A DNA stretch of 64,000 nt from Squalus acanthias (lineage: Eukaryota): positions 60,204,001 through 60,268,000 of the forward strand of contig CM059432.1 in assembly GCA_030390025.1 (NCBI GenBank), in the 5' to 3' direction. Positions within the stretch are counted from its first letter, which is position 1. Each line of letters opens with the position of its first letter. The notes under the pieces were generated by a model. The model made no database searches, was not told the DNA's origin, and was given only the letters and a program-made list of their open reading frames with translations. Made by a program: the position numbers and the translations under genes. Positions 37,075-49,700 of this stretch are shown here, in pieces.

Positions 37075-38290
37075 ATCTAGAACATCTAGAAACCAAAAAT
37101 ATAATAATGAATAGTCAGCATAGATTTCAAAAGAGAAAGTCTTGCTTGACCAACCTTACTGAATTTTTTGAAGAGGTAACAGAGAGAGTAGACAATGGTA
37201 ATGCAGTAGATGTAATTTATCTGGATTTTCAAAAGGCCTTCGATAAGGTACCCCATAATAGACTGATGAACAAGGTCATAGAATGCGGAGTCAGGGGACA
37301 AGTAGCAGAATGGATTGCTGGCTGGCTTCAGGACAGAAAGCAGAGAGTAGGAGTAAAGGGTAGCTATTCACAGTGGCAGAAGTTGGGTAGTGGTGTTCCA
37401 CAAAGATCAGTGCTGGGACCACTGCTGTTCACAATTTACATTAACTATTTAGACTTTGGAATCAAAAATACAATTTCTAAATTCGCGGAGGACACCAAAT
37501 TGGGGGGGGATAGTCAATACTGAGGAGGACTGCATCAAATTACAGGAGGACATGAATAAACTTGCAGAATGGGCATATAATTGGCAAATGAAGTTCAACA
37601 CAGATAAATGTGAGGTATTACATTTTGGTAGGAAGACTAGGGAGGTCACTTATTACTTGGAGGGTGCGAGTCTAGGTGGGGTAGAGGAACAAAGGGATCT
37701 CGGAGTACAAATACACAAATCACTAAAAGTTGCGACACAGGTTAGCAAGGCCATAAAAAAAAGCAAACCAAGCACTAGGGTTTATTTCTAGAGGTATAGA
37801 ATTGAAAAGTAGGGAGCAGAGAAGATTTACAAGAATGATACCAGAAATGTGAGGGTATACATATCAGGAAAGGATGAACAGGCTGGGTCTCTTTTCTCTT
37901 GAAAAAAGAAGGCTGAGAGGTGACCTAATAGAGGTCTTTAAAATTATGAAATGTTTTGATAGAGTAGATACAGAGAGAGTGTTTCCACTTGTGGGGAAGA
38001 GCATAACTAGAGGCCATCAATATAAGATAATCACCAAGAAATCCAATAGGGAATTCAGAAGAAACTTCTTTACCCAAAAAGTGGTGAGAACGTGGAACTC
38101 ACTACCACAGGGAGTGGTTGAAGTGAATATTATAAATGCATTTAAGGGGAGGCTAGACAAGCATATGAGGAAAAAGGGAATAGAGGGTTATGCTGATAGA
38201 TTTAGATGAAGAAAGATGGGAGGGGGCTCGTGTGGAGCATAAATGCTGGCATGGACTGGTTGGGCCGAATGGCCTGTTTCTGTAATACTA
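37075..38290 (+). mobile_element. 5'-truncated CR1 LINE inside Harbinger
   Basis: KSCLTNL, KAFDKVPH, WNSLP; 3' UTR GGGCCGAATGGCCTGTTTCTG. Confidence 0.9.
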
Positions 38291-38540
38291 TGTCAGTGCA
38301 ACTTAAAGGGACACACACATCTTTCAGGTAAGTTTGGATTTCAACTTTTGGACTTTTAAAAATATCTTATTGAAATAGTGGTTTGCTGCAATAGATTTAA
38401 AAAGTTGTTAAAGTGTGCAGGGAGTGCTGCTGGATGCTTGCAAGGCTTTGGATGGTAAAGGAACACCACTGAGAAGACAGAAAATGCTGGAAATACTGAG
38501 CAAGTCAGGCAGCATCCGTGGAGAGAGAAACAGACTTAAC

Positions 38541-41095
38541 GGGGGCGATTTTCCCAGCCCTGGGGAGGCGGGTATGGAGGCGGGACTGCCGGGAAAATGG
38601 CAGAATCTGGGAGCGGGTACCAATCCCACCCACAACCCGCCTCCGTGCCATCTTCCCAGGAGGTGGGTACCCAACCCACGCTGGGTCCCGTCTCCTCGAG
38701 GCGGGAAGGGGATTAATGCCAATTAACTCTCTGTTAACAGGTAGATAGATTTAGATGAAGAAAGTAGTTAACACTACTGGCGCGAATTCATGAACTAATT
38801 TCTCTTATCTGGAAGGAGGAGAGCATGCCAGGGGATCTCAGAGACGCCGTAATTGTGACCATCTTCAAGAAAGGTGACAAGTCTGATTGCGGTAATTACA
38901 GAGGAGTTTCCCTGCTGTCTGCCACAGGGAAAGTCATCGCAAGAATCCCCCTCAATCGCCTTCTCCCAGTGGCTGAAGAGCTCCTCCCAGAGTCGCAATG
39001 TGGATTCTGCCCACTAAGGGGCACAATGGACATGATCTTCACCGCGCGCCAATTACAAGAGAAATGCAGGGAACAGCGCCAACCGCTGTACATGGCCTTC
39101 TTTGACCTCACAAAGGCCTTTGACACTGTCAACCATGAGGGATTATGACGTGTCCTCCTCAAATTCGGCTGCCCTCAAAAGTTTGTCACCATCCTATGCC
39201 TGCTTCACGATGACATGCAAGCCGTGATCCTGACCAACGGTTCCACCACAGACCCAATTCATCTACAGACCGGGGTCAAGCAAGGCTGTGTCACTGCACC
39301 AACGCTCTTCTCGATCTTCCTTGCTGCAGTGCTCCATCTCACCCTCAGTAAGCTCCCCGCTGGAGTGGAGCTAATTTACAGAACAAACGGGAAACTGTTC
39401 AACCTCCGTCGCCTCCAGTCCAGATCCAAGGTCGTCCCTTCCTCTGTCGTCGAATTACAGTATGCAGACGACGCTTGCGTCTGCGCACACTTGGAGGTCG
39501 AACTCCAAACCATCGTTAACACCTTCACCGAAGCATACGAGAGCATGGGCCTTACACTAAACATCCATAAGACAAAGATCTTCTACCAACCTGCCCCCGC
39601 CACACAGTACTGCCCCCCGATTATCAAAATCCATGACAAGGCCTTGGACAATGTGGACCACTTTCCATACCTCGGGAGCCTACTGTCAACAAGGACAGAC
39701 GTCGATGACGAAGTCCAACACCGCCTTCAGTGTGCCAGTGCAGCCTTCGGTCGCCTGAGGAAGAGAGTGCTTGAAGACCAGGACCTCAAACCCGGCACCA
39801 AGCTCATGGTCTACAGAGCAGTAGTAATACCCGCCCTCCTGTATGCCTCAGAGACATGGACCATGTACAGCAGGCACCTCAAAGCACTGGAGAGGTACCA
39901 CCAATGCTGCCTCTGCAAGATCCTGCAAATCCATTGGCAGGATAGGCGCACCAACGTCAGTGTTCTCGCTCAGGCCAACATCGAAGCTTTGACCACGCTC
40001 GATCAGCTCTGATGGATGGGTCACATCGTCCGCATGCCCGATACGAGACTCCCAAAACGAGTGCTCTACTCAGAGCCCCGACACAGCAAGAGAGCCCCAG
40101 GTGGGCAGAGGAAACGCTTCAAGGACACCCTCAAAGCCTCCTTGAAAAAGTGCAATATCCCCACCAGCACCTGGGAATCCCTGGCCCAAGACCGTACAAA
40201 GTGGAGGAGAAGCATCCGGGAAGGCGCCGAATACCTCGAGTCTCTTCGCCGAGAGCAAGCGGAAGCCAAGTGCAAACAGCGGAAGGAGCGCACGTCAACC
40301 CAAGCACCCCACCCACCCGCCCCTTCAACCACCGTCTGCCCCACCTGTGACAGAGACTGTAGGTCCTGCATTGGACTCATCAGTCACCTGATAACTCATT
40401 TTTAATGTGGAAGCAAGTCATCTTCAGTTCCGAGGGACTGCCTAAGAAGAAAAGTTAACAGGCAGTTTTTTGGCTAATCCCTATTTTGAGCCCTAAAGTG
40501 TGGGCTCCCTGACGGCTCTGAACCTCACCTGGGTCAGCGAGGCGAGCCGTGGGTCTGCGGGGGTCGGAGGGGCCAAAATGTCCGGAATGCAGGTGAGTGA
40601 TGAGTGCAAGTGTGGAGAGGTAAGTGTGTGAGGCGAGTCTAAGGTGTTTTAATAAGATTACTTACCTTTGCTTCTTCCTCCAGGCTCATCCCTTTAGGCT
40701 GCAGAGCTGCCTCATCTCACCGGCAGAGAAAGCAGAATGGCCGCGGCATTCTTAAAAGCAGCAGCCTTCTGCTTTCTGCTCAGGAACGCTTTCTAAGTGA
40801 GTCTTGAGTACAAGGACTCACCAAAGAACAGAGATTGTCAGTGTTTGACAGCTTCTCAAAGCTGTCGAACGATGACAATTCATCTGTCAAAAATTTTTGA
40901 CAGATGAAACGTCATACGCTGACGTTCTCTGTCACCGGCTTTCCCTTAATTGGCCGGCTAAGCCTGCTGGGCGGGCTTAACAAGGCCAATCAAGGGAAAA
41001 TAGCATGGGTTGGCCAGACGTCGATGGAGGCGAGACTAAAACCCGACAAGCAGCTTTCCTGCCTCCATCACGTTCCCATTGATAAAATCACCCCC
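38541..41095. mobile_element. Harbinger MITE carrying an RTE
   Basis: TIRs GGGGGCGATTTT / AAAATCACCCCC; perfect TSD AAC; homologous to 20561-21435. Confidence 0.9.
38774..40452 (+). mobile_element. RTE-clade (BovB-like) LINE, 5'-truncated
   Basis: GNYRGVSLLS, LPESQCGF, KAFDTV, GVKQGC, LQYADD, C-terminal CPTC..H...H zinc knuckle; AAG tail; TSD AGTTAACA at 38766-38773 / 40453-40460; two in-frame stops. Confidence 0.93.
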
Positions 41096-43579
41096 AACGT
41101 CTCAGATTGAGATGCTGCCTGACCTGCTGAGTATTTCCAGCATTTTCTGCTTTTATTTCACATTTCCAGCATCTGCAGTATTTTGCCTCTAAGAAGACCA
41201 CTTCCTCACAAACCTGAGGGGGGGCACATGAAGATGAAGCAGAGGCAGCAAAGGGGATAAGCTGCTTGCAGAGGGAAGGGGAAGAAGCAGAAGAGGAAGA
41301 CGCAGAAGAGGAGGAAGCGGAAGGAAGGATGCAGCCCAGACAGCCCCTTTCTGACCGGGATATCCAGGATGGAATCATCCGCCTGCGGTACCAATTCCCC
41401 TTTCAACATTTGTCCTACACCTTACCTTCCCTCTGTTATTGACCATCACAGCGTCCTCTTGGCCACAATGCTGAAATAAAAGCCACCACAAAGCAAACTT
41501 TCCAATCTAACTTTAGGCATTTATGCATCCAATACGACATCAAGAAATCAACTAATTACCCTTGTGCATTCCCTTAGTGACTGTCTTGTGTGTGCCTTTG
41601 CCTATCCTACTGATGTCATGCAGTGCTACCCCAGTGGTTGCAGCATGGCTGGTGGAAGGCTGCTGACTTTCAGTGGGGGACACGGCAGATGGCCTTGAAG
41701 GATGACCTCGAGGAGCTGGTGGTTGGGAGTGTGAAATCGAGTGACAGTGTTTCTTTTTCTTCTTCTTCTTCTTCACTCTCCTCTCCCTCTTCTTGGTCAA
41801 CCACTGGCTGGGCAGGCTGGATTTCTTGGGTGTGTGAAATGAGGAAGGTACAAGGGTAGAGCTCAGCCATGCCCCTGCCAAGAATGGCCAGCACTGTCTC
41901 CTCCAAAGGTGTGAGGTGAAGCAAGGAATGGGAGGTGTGCATTGTGTTTGGTAAAGATTGTTGGTAGGTGAGTGATGGCGGGAAGGCAGGGTTGTGCAAT
42001 GAGCAGTGTGTGAGGCTAATCGTGTAGTTGGTAGTAGGCGGCTTTAGAAGATGCAATCACTGACCTTGACCACTGGTCTGAGGTCAAGAAACTTCTTTGG
42101 GCACTGAAGCCAGGTCCTGGGGGCGACACTGCTGGCAGTGATGGCCTTGGTGATCTGGTCCCACATCCTTCTTTCTGGAGGGACTCCTATTCCCCCTGTG
42201 GTTAGAGGACCTCTAATGCAGTGTTGACCCCCTACACAAAGTTGACGTGCTGCGTGCGAGACCCTGGGTGCCCCTTCCCTGGCTTGTTGAGCCATTTGTG
42301 TTAGTGCTGAAACACGTTTACCATTTTTTTACATGCAGAAGGCAGTTCAGCTTTAAGAGCTGTAGACTGCTATTTTGGAATTATTATTATTTTTAATGGT
42401 TTTTTTTTAAGAGTGCAGTTGAGCTCTAAGGGCTAAAGACTGCCTATTTTTAGATGATTTTTATTTTTTCATTTTAGAAGGTAGTTCCCCTTTAAAGGGC
42501 TTGACACTGCTTTCTAAAGTGACAGGTTAACTTTAAGACAATGCTGCCTTGCTCAATGGACACTATGGCCATGCTACATTGGGCCTCCTGCTGAGACAAC
42601 CACTCGAATCAGCGTGTTACACAGTAGATTTTGCACTCCAATCATTTAAATTAGAAGGCAGCACCAAAATACCGGGTGGCTGTTAACCTTGACCTGCGGT
42701 GGCACCACCCATTTTCGGGCTTAATTGAATTTCTAGGCCTCTGTGTCTACTCTACCAAAATATTTCATAATTTTAAAGACCTCTATTAGGTCACCCCTCA
42801 GCCTTCTCTTTTCAAGAGAAAAGAGACTCAGCCTGTTCATCCTTTCCTGATAGGTATAACCTTGCAGTTCTGGTATCATTCTTTTGAATTTTTTTGCACC
42901 CTCTCCAGTGCCTCGATATCCTTTTTATAATATGGCGACCAGAACTACACACAGTACTCCAAGTGTGGTCTAACCAAGGTTTGATACAAGTTTAGCATAA
43001 CTTCTCTACTTTTCAATTCTATAATTCTCAATTGCCATGGTCTTTGAGAGTATTGTCACTAACCTCCCTTTCTAGGTAAAATGATCAGTAATGCGCCCAA
43101 AATAACGAACAGAAAACCCTGGTCTGTCAATTATTTTTAAGTTACTGGAATTATTCTTATGATGCCACATGATCTATTATATCAGACTTAATCTAGTTTT
43201 AACATAAACAATAAACAAATGAATTTGTAGTAATATATAATATTTATATATATTTATTGTAGAAATTTTGAAGGGAAAATACTAAAAGGTTGCAAATCTA
43301 AAGGCTACGCTGTATCTTTAAAAATATGCACAGAGCACTCCTCCCCTTGTCTCCTTGTGAGCTGTGGGAACTAACTAAAATCTATCTGCCCCTCAATAAA
43401 GATCTCTGTTTGTTCAATTCCATTCCAGTCAGAGGACTGTTGTACATTTGCTCCTTTTTATAGCTCTTGAGCTGTTTCCAGTACTCATTAGAAATTCAAA
43501 TAGCCAACCTAGACATTCACCACAGCATCATAAGTAAGTAGCACGGAGTCCAGTTCGATGGAGTACTGCTTCTACAGAA

Positions 43580-46500
43580 TACTAAACTCGGGAATTTGGT
43601 GAGTGAGGGAATTCGGTGAGGTTGGGGTAAGAGGTGCTGCTTGATACATAAAAAAATATAAACAACTAGGGTTAAATTAGAACTGTGGACTAAGATCTAA
43701 AGCATATAGCTAAATTTAATAAATTAAACAAGGTTAATTCCTAGAATAAAAACTATTAATAGACAATTGAGTATTTCAAAACTTGAAAACCTAATTAGTT
43801 AAATAAAATACAATAGAGATAGCAGAGTTGCAGCTGTAGCATGTGGGAGCTGGTGGACACCAGTGTGATCCAGGGCGACCACATCTGCAGTAAGTGTCTT
43901 CAGCTCGAGGAACTTTGGCTCAGAGTTGATGAGCTGGAGTCCGAGCTTCGGACACTGCGATACATCAGGGAGGGAGAAAGTTACCTGGACACTTTGTTCC
44001 AGGAGGCAGTCACACCCCTTAGGTTAAAAACTTCAGATTTGGTCTATGGTCAGGGACAGGAGGGTGTGACTACGAGAGAGGCAGGTATGGGGATCCAGAA
44101 GGTAGCATTGGAGGAGCCTCAGCCCTTGCACTTGTCCAACAGGTACGAGGTTCTTGCAGCCTGTGTGGACGAGAGCAGGGACTGCAGGGAGGATGAGCAA
44201 ACTGACCACAGCACCATGGTACAGAGGGCCATTCAAGTTGGGGGAGTAAAGAGGAATGTAGTAGTGGTAGGGGACGGTATAGTTAGGGGGATAGATACTG
44301 TTCTATGCAGCCGAGAGCGTGAGTCCCGAAGGCTGTGTTGCCTACCCGGGTGCCAGGGTTAAGGACATCTCCTCAGGGCTGGAGAGGAACTTGTAGTGGG
44401 AGGGGAAGGATCCAGTTGTCATGGTCCGCGTAGGTACCAATGATATAGGTAGAAAGAGTTTCTGCTGAGGGAGTATGAGCAGCTAGGGGCTAAATTAAAA
44501 AGCAGAACCACAAAGGTAATAACCTCTGGATTACTACCTGAGCCACCAGCAAATTGGCATAGGGTCAATAAGATTAGAGAGTTGAATGCATGGCTCAAGG
44601 ATTGGTGTGGGAGAAATGGGTTTTGATTCATGGGGCACTGACACCAGTACTGGGGAAAGAGGGAGCTGTTCCGTTGGGATGGGCTTCACTTGAACCACGC
44701 TGGGACCAGTGTCCTGGCGAATCAAATAACTAGGGCTGTAGATAGGGCTTTAAACTTAGTAGTGGGGGGAGGGTTCAGGTGAGGAGAAACTTAGAAAGTT
44801 AAAGAGAAAGGGCAAGGCAATAGTGCAGGGTAGCGATAGGGTTAATGATAACCAGAGTGTGACAGGAAGGGCAGAGCATACAAGCATAAGAGTGCACCAG
44901 CAAATCAGGTCAGAGTAGGGAAAAATGGTAAAAAGACAACTTTAAAGGCTCTTTATCTGAATGCACGTAGCATTCGTAACAAGATAGATGAATTGATGGA
45001 CTAAATAGAAATAAATGGGTATGATCTGATAGCCATTACAGAGACGTGGCTGCAAGGTGACCAAGGCTGGGAACTGAATATTCAGGGGTATTTGACATTT
45101 TGGAAGGATAGGCAAAAAGGTAAAGGAGGTGGGGTAGCTCTGTTAATAAAGGATGAGATCAGTACAGTAGTGAGAAATGATCTTGGCTCGCAAGGTCAAG
45201 ATGTAGAATCAGTTTGGGTGGAGATAAGAAATAATAAGGGAAATAAGTCACTGGTGGGAGTAGTCTATAGGCCCCCTAACACTGTGGGACAGAGTATAAA
45301 TCAAGAAATAATGGGGTCTTGTAAGAAAGGTACTGCAATAATCGTGGGCGATTTTAATCTACATATAGATTGGACAAATCAAATTGGCAAAGGTAGCCTT
45401 GAGGACGAGTTCATAGAGTGTATTCAGGACAGTTTCTTAGAACAATACATTGTGGAACCAACCAGGAAACAGGGTATTTTAGATCTGGTAATGTGTAATG
45501 AGACAGGATTAATTAATTATCTCATAGTAAAGGATCCGTCTTTCAGATGAGATGTTAAACCGAGGCCCTGTCTGCTCTCTCAGGTGGATGTAAAAGGTTC
45601 CATGGCACTATTTCGAAGAAGAGCAGGGGAGTTATCCCCAGTGTCCTGGCCAATACTTCCCCCTCAATCAACATAACAAAAACAGATTATCTGGTCATTT
45701 TCACATTGTTGTTTGTGGGAGCTTGCTGTGCGCAAATTGGCTGCCACGTTTCCCACATTACAACAGTGACTCCACTTCAACAGTACTTCATTGGCTGTAA
45801 AGTGCTTTGAGACATCAGGTCATTGTGAAAGGCTCTATATAAATGCAAGTCTCTCTTTCTTTCTAACCTCTAGGGAAGAGTGATCATAACATGATAAAAT
45901 TTCACATTCAGTTTGAGGGTGAGAAACTTGGATCTGAAAGTAGTGTCTTAAACTTAAATAAAGGCAATTACAAGGGTATGAAGACAGAGTTGGCTAAAGT
46001 GGACAGGGAAAATAGATTTAAAGGTAAGACGGTAGATAAGCAGTGGCAGACTTTTAAGGAGATATTTCAGAACTCTCAACAAAGATATATTCCAGCAAGA
46101 AAGAAAGACTCTATGAGAAGGATGAACCATCCGTGGCTAACTAAGGAAGTTAAGGAGGGCATCAAATTGAAAGAAAAGTCACAGAATGTTGCGAAGATTA
46201 GTGCTCGGCCAGAAGATTGGGAAATTTTTAGAAACTTGCAAAGGAAGACTAAAAAAAATTAAGAGGGAGAAAATAGATTATGAGAGTAAACTAGCAAGAA
46301 ATATAAAAACGGACAGTAAAAGCTTCTACAAGTATATAAAAAGGAAGAGAGTAGCTAAAGTAAACGTTGGTCCCTTAGAGGATGAGACTGGGGGATTAAT
46401 AATGGGAAACAAGGAAATGGCGAGACTTTGGAAAAATATTTTGTATCTGTCTTCACAGTAGAAGACACTAAAACCATCCCAATAATAGTGGAAAATCAAG

Positions 46501-47810
46501 GGGCAAAAGGGAGGGAGGAACTTAAAACAATCACTATCACTAGAGAAAATGTGCTAGGCAAACTAATGGGACTAAAGGCAGACAAGTCCCCTGGACCTGA
46601 TGGCCTGCATCCTAGGGTCTTAAAAGAAGTGGCTGCAGAGATAGTGGATGTGTTGGTTGTAATCTTCCAAAATTCCCTCGATTCTGGAACGGACCCAGCA
46701 GATTGGAAAACCGCAAATGTAACGCCCATATTCAAGAAAGGAGGGAGACAGAAAGCAGGAAACTATAGGCCAGTAAGCCTAACATCCGTCAGTGGGAAAA
46801 TGTTGGAATCCATTATTAAGGCTGTAGTAGCAGGACATTTAGAAAATCATAATACAATCAAGCAGAGTCAATATGGTTTTATGAAAGGGAAATCGTGTTT
46901 GACAAATTTATTAGAGTTCTTTGAGGATGTAACGAGCAGGGTGAATAAAGGGGAACCAGTAGATGTAGTGTATTTGGATTTCCAAAAGGCATTCGATAAG
47001 GTGCCACATAAAAGGTTACTGCACAAGTTAAGAGCTCATGGTGTTGGGGGTAATATATTAGCATGGATAGAGGATTGGCTAACTAACAGAAAACAGAGTC
47101 GGGATAAATGGGTCATTTTCCGGTTGGCAAACTATAACTAGTGGGATGCCACTCGGATCAGTGCTGGGGCCTCAACTATTTACAATCTATATTAATGCCT
47201 TGGATGAAGGGACCGAGTGTAACGTAGCCAAATTTGCTGACGATACAAAGATAGGTGGGAAAGCAAGTTGTGAGGAGGACACATCTGCAAAGGGATATAG
47301 ATAGGTTAAGTGAGTGGGCAAAAATTTGGCAGATGGAGTATAATGTGGAAAATGTGAGGTTATCCACTTTGGTAGGAAGAATAGAAAAGCAAAATATTAT
47401 TTAAATGGAGAGAGACTACAGAATGCACAGAGGGATCTGGGTATCCTCGTACATGAAACACAAAAAGTTAGCATGCAGGTACAGCAAGTAATTTGGAAGG
47501 CAAATGGAATGTTGGCCTTTATTGCAAGGGGGATGGAGTATAAACGTAGGGAAGTCTTGCTACAACTGTACAGGGCGTTGGTGAGACCACACCTAGAGTA
47601 CTGCAGACAGTTTTGATCTCCTTATTTCAGGAGGGATATACTTGCATTGGAGGCAATTCAGAGAAGGTTCACTAGGTTGATTTCTGAGAGGAAAGGGTTG
47701 TCTTATGAGGAAAGGTTGGGCCTATACTTATATAAGATTCTGAGTGGGCTTGACAGGGTAGATGCTGAGAGGATGTTTCCACTCATGGGGGAATCTAGAA
47801 CTAGGTGGCA
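43580..47810 (+). mobile_element. CR1 LINE with 5' UTR, ORF1 (Cys motif, coiled coil, esterase) and ORF2; 3' end lost
   Basis: ICSKCLQLEEL..VDELESELRTL, VVGDGIV; endonuclease and RT motifs at 45092-47859; many stops. Confidence 0.92.
45536..45866 (+). mobile_element. DeuSINE-like SINE, 5'-truncated, inserted in the CR1 endonuclease
   Basis: Interrupts GGATCC|TCTAGGGAAGAGTGATCAT (DPLGKSDH); SINE body and CTTT-rich tail. Confidence 0.85.
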
Positions 47811-47814
47811 TCCC

Positions 47815-49700
47815 TCTGAAACACCAGCAAGCCAGAATCTTCCTCACCCTTCACTGTAACATTAATCTCAAGCGATTCTGTTCATTCATTTAGTTTATGC
47901 CATCCTTTCTTGCAGATCCAATACAGCAAGGACTGAGGCAATGAAAAATGATCTCGAGGAAAATGATGATGAGGAGCAGAAGGAGGGAAGAAATTTAGAC
48001 TACGATAATGACTACGATATTAATGAAGAAGAAGATGAGGATGAGCAGGATCAGGCCATATGGAAGTCCCTGGAGTAAGAACTTGCCCCGTGTTCATCTG
48101 TCCCAATTCCTTCAATCTCACCTTGTGTGTCACTTTGTTTCTTACTCCCATGCACCAACTGAAACTTTCACCTGGGGCGAAGTAAATAGTGTAAGCAAGA
48201 ATGTGGCACCAGGTGATTCACAGAGTATGATGAAACCAGAGGAGTAGGATATGCCACCATCCCAACAGAGGCAGTGCAGAAAGCTGCCCTTGCTTTTGGA
48301 GTTGTGGGATCCAGATCTCATAGTTACTCGCCTGAAAAGGGTGTTTGAGGAACAACACACTTAGATGCAGGCTCTTATGTCAGTCTCCCAGGATGTGCGT
48401 TACCTGACCAGTATAACTCTGAAGAGTATATTCTTATTTGTGCTTTTGCTTCATTGGAGGCATCACTGGAGCATGTAGCAACTTCATTCGAGTCTGCTAA
48501 TGTTCCCCAACTGAGAAGTGGCCCAGAACCAATTGGTGCCTCCTCCTATTTCATGGAAGCATAGAGTGCAGCCTGGTGGCTGTGGGAGTCAGATTAGACA
48601 GAACCCTGGGTACCAGCTTTTAGACACCCAGGGCAGGGATGTGGGCTCCTGTCTTTCAGGATCTGATAGCTGCCATTAGTCCAGCTTACATGCTGAGCAG
48701 CAGACAAACAGTTCCAGGACCCAGTAGACTGGAGACAGTTGGAGTCAATCAGCATGAGGCTTTTGTTTCTCAGGGCAACTGCACATGACACAGAGCACCA
48801 CGCAAGTGGCAAACAGCCGGTTACACTAGGCTGTCTAGACAGACACTCAAGAGATGCAGCCTTTATTTAGCAAGTCCTCCCGGGACCAAACTGCCATGAG
48901 AGGAGGGCCACCTCAGTTCCATGAGACTCTTATGCCACAAGAGCAGCCAACCAACTCTCACAATACTGGCCCTCAGGTTGCACTTAAAATAGAAGGAAAG
49001 GCACATTTGTACACCATGGAGAAGTACAGTTTGAGGAAAGAGTAAGATGGCTAATGTTCATGTTTGAATTCCTTGTACTAAATGAGCAGGTGCATTTATT
49101 TTGTGCTCAGTTATTCATGGAGCTTACAAAAATTCTGAAAATTTAGCGGCGGGGGGGGGGGGGGGGTTACTGGAGAAGCTTGCAATGCTACTTGAATGCC
49201 ATCTATTGCACTCTACACTTCAGGGAACCCACTGCAACGTGATAAAACTGGATGGCCTTAGCATGGTGCTGCCCTGTTGTCATGCTGAACTGGATGATTT
49301 CCCTGCTCTTAAAAGTGGTGTCAGCGAAGTGATGAATGCATGCTTGGATATTACACTGGGTGATATTACACAGGTCTCCTGTGGCTGCTTGAAAAGAGCC
49401 AGTAACACAAAAATTGGGTGCCATGGTACCGTTTACAACCATGAGCAAAGTTGTCCAGGAAGATGATCTTGGCTGCAGGTCATAATGCAGATGCAAAGTT
49501 CGCCATTAGTCTCTTTGCTGAAATGCACTCTTGTCACACAGAGCTTCTCACTGTGATCCTCAAAAGATCTGCTTAGCCTATAAATTATTTTGGGAATGGG
49601 GTAATATATTGTGGGGTGCATTGTCCTCGAATCCGTTTCACTCTCCTTTTTTGCATTCTCTGCTGCTCCTTCCGCTCTAAAAAAACAAGAAAACAAGGGA
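47815..49700. mobile_element. Old Harbinger remnant (acidic partner-gene exon +, transposase N-terminus -)
   Basis: 49203-49496 (-) reads NFCVTGSFQAATGDLCNITQ..ACIH, the Harbinger N-terminal motif; convergent acidic segment at 47.9-49.0 kb; termini not found. Confidence 0.6.

Larger units (their letters stand above)
38478..41188. mobile_element. Short Penelope-terminus insertion with inverted arms, split by a MITE
   Basis: 39-bp inverted arms 38478-38516 / 41111-41149 (2 mismatches); TSD-like CTGAGAAGAC / CTAAGAAGAC; same sequence as 10430-10534. Confidence 0.8.
36796..42739. mobile_element. Harbinger deletion derivative hosting nested elements
   Basis: Perfect 13-bp TIRs GGCCTAGAAATTC / GAATTTCTAGGCC; TSD ACT/TCT; SANT exon remnant 42065-42295 (-, RTWLQCPKKFLDL), Myb C-terminus 41552-41881, transposase acidic tail about 41230-41400 (+). 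Confidence 0.88.
36475..43025 (-). mobile_element. CR1 3' part (36475-36795 and 42740-43025) split by a Harbinger
   Basis: CCCCACAAGTGGAAACAC continues as TCTGTGTCTACTCT, matching the reverse complement of the uninterrupted 37960-37996. Confidence 0.85.
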
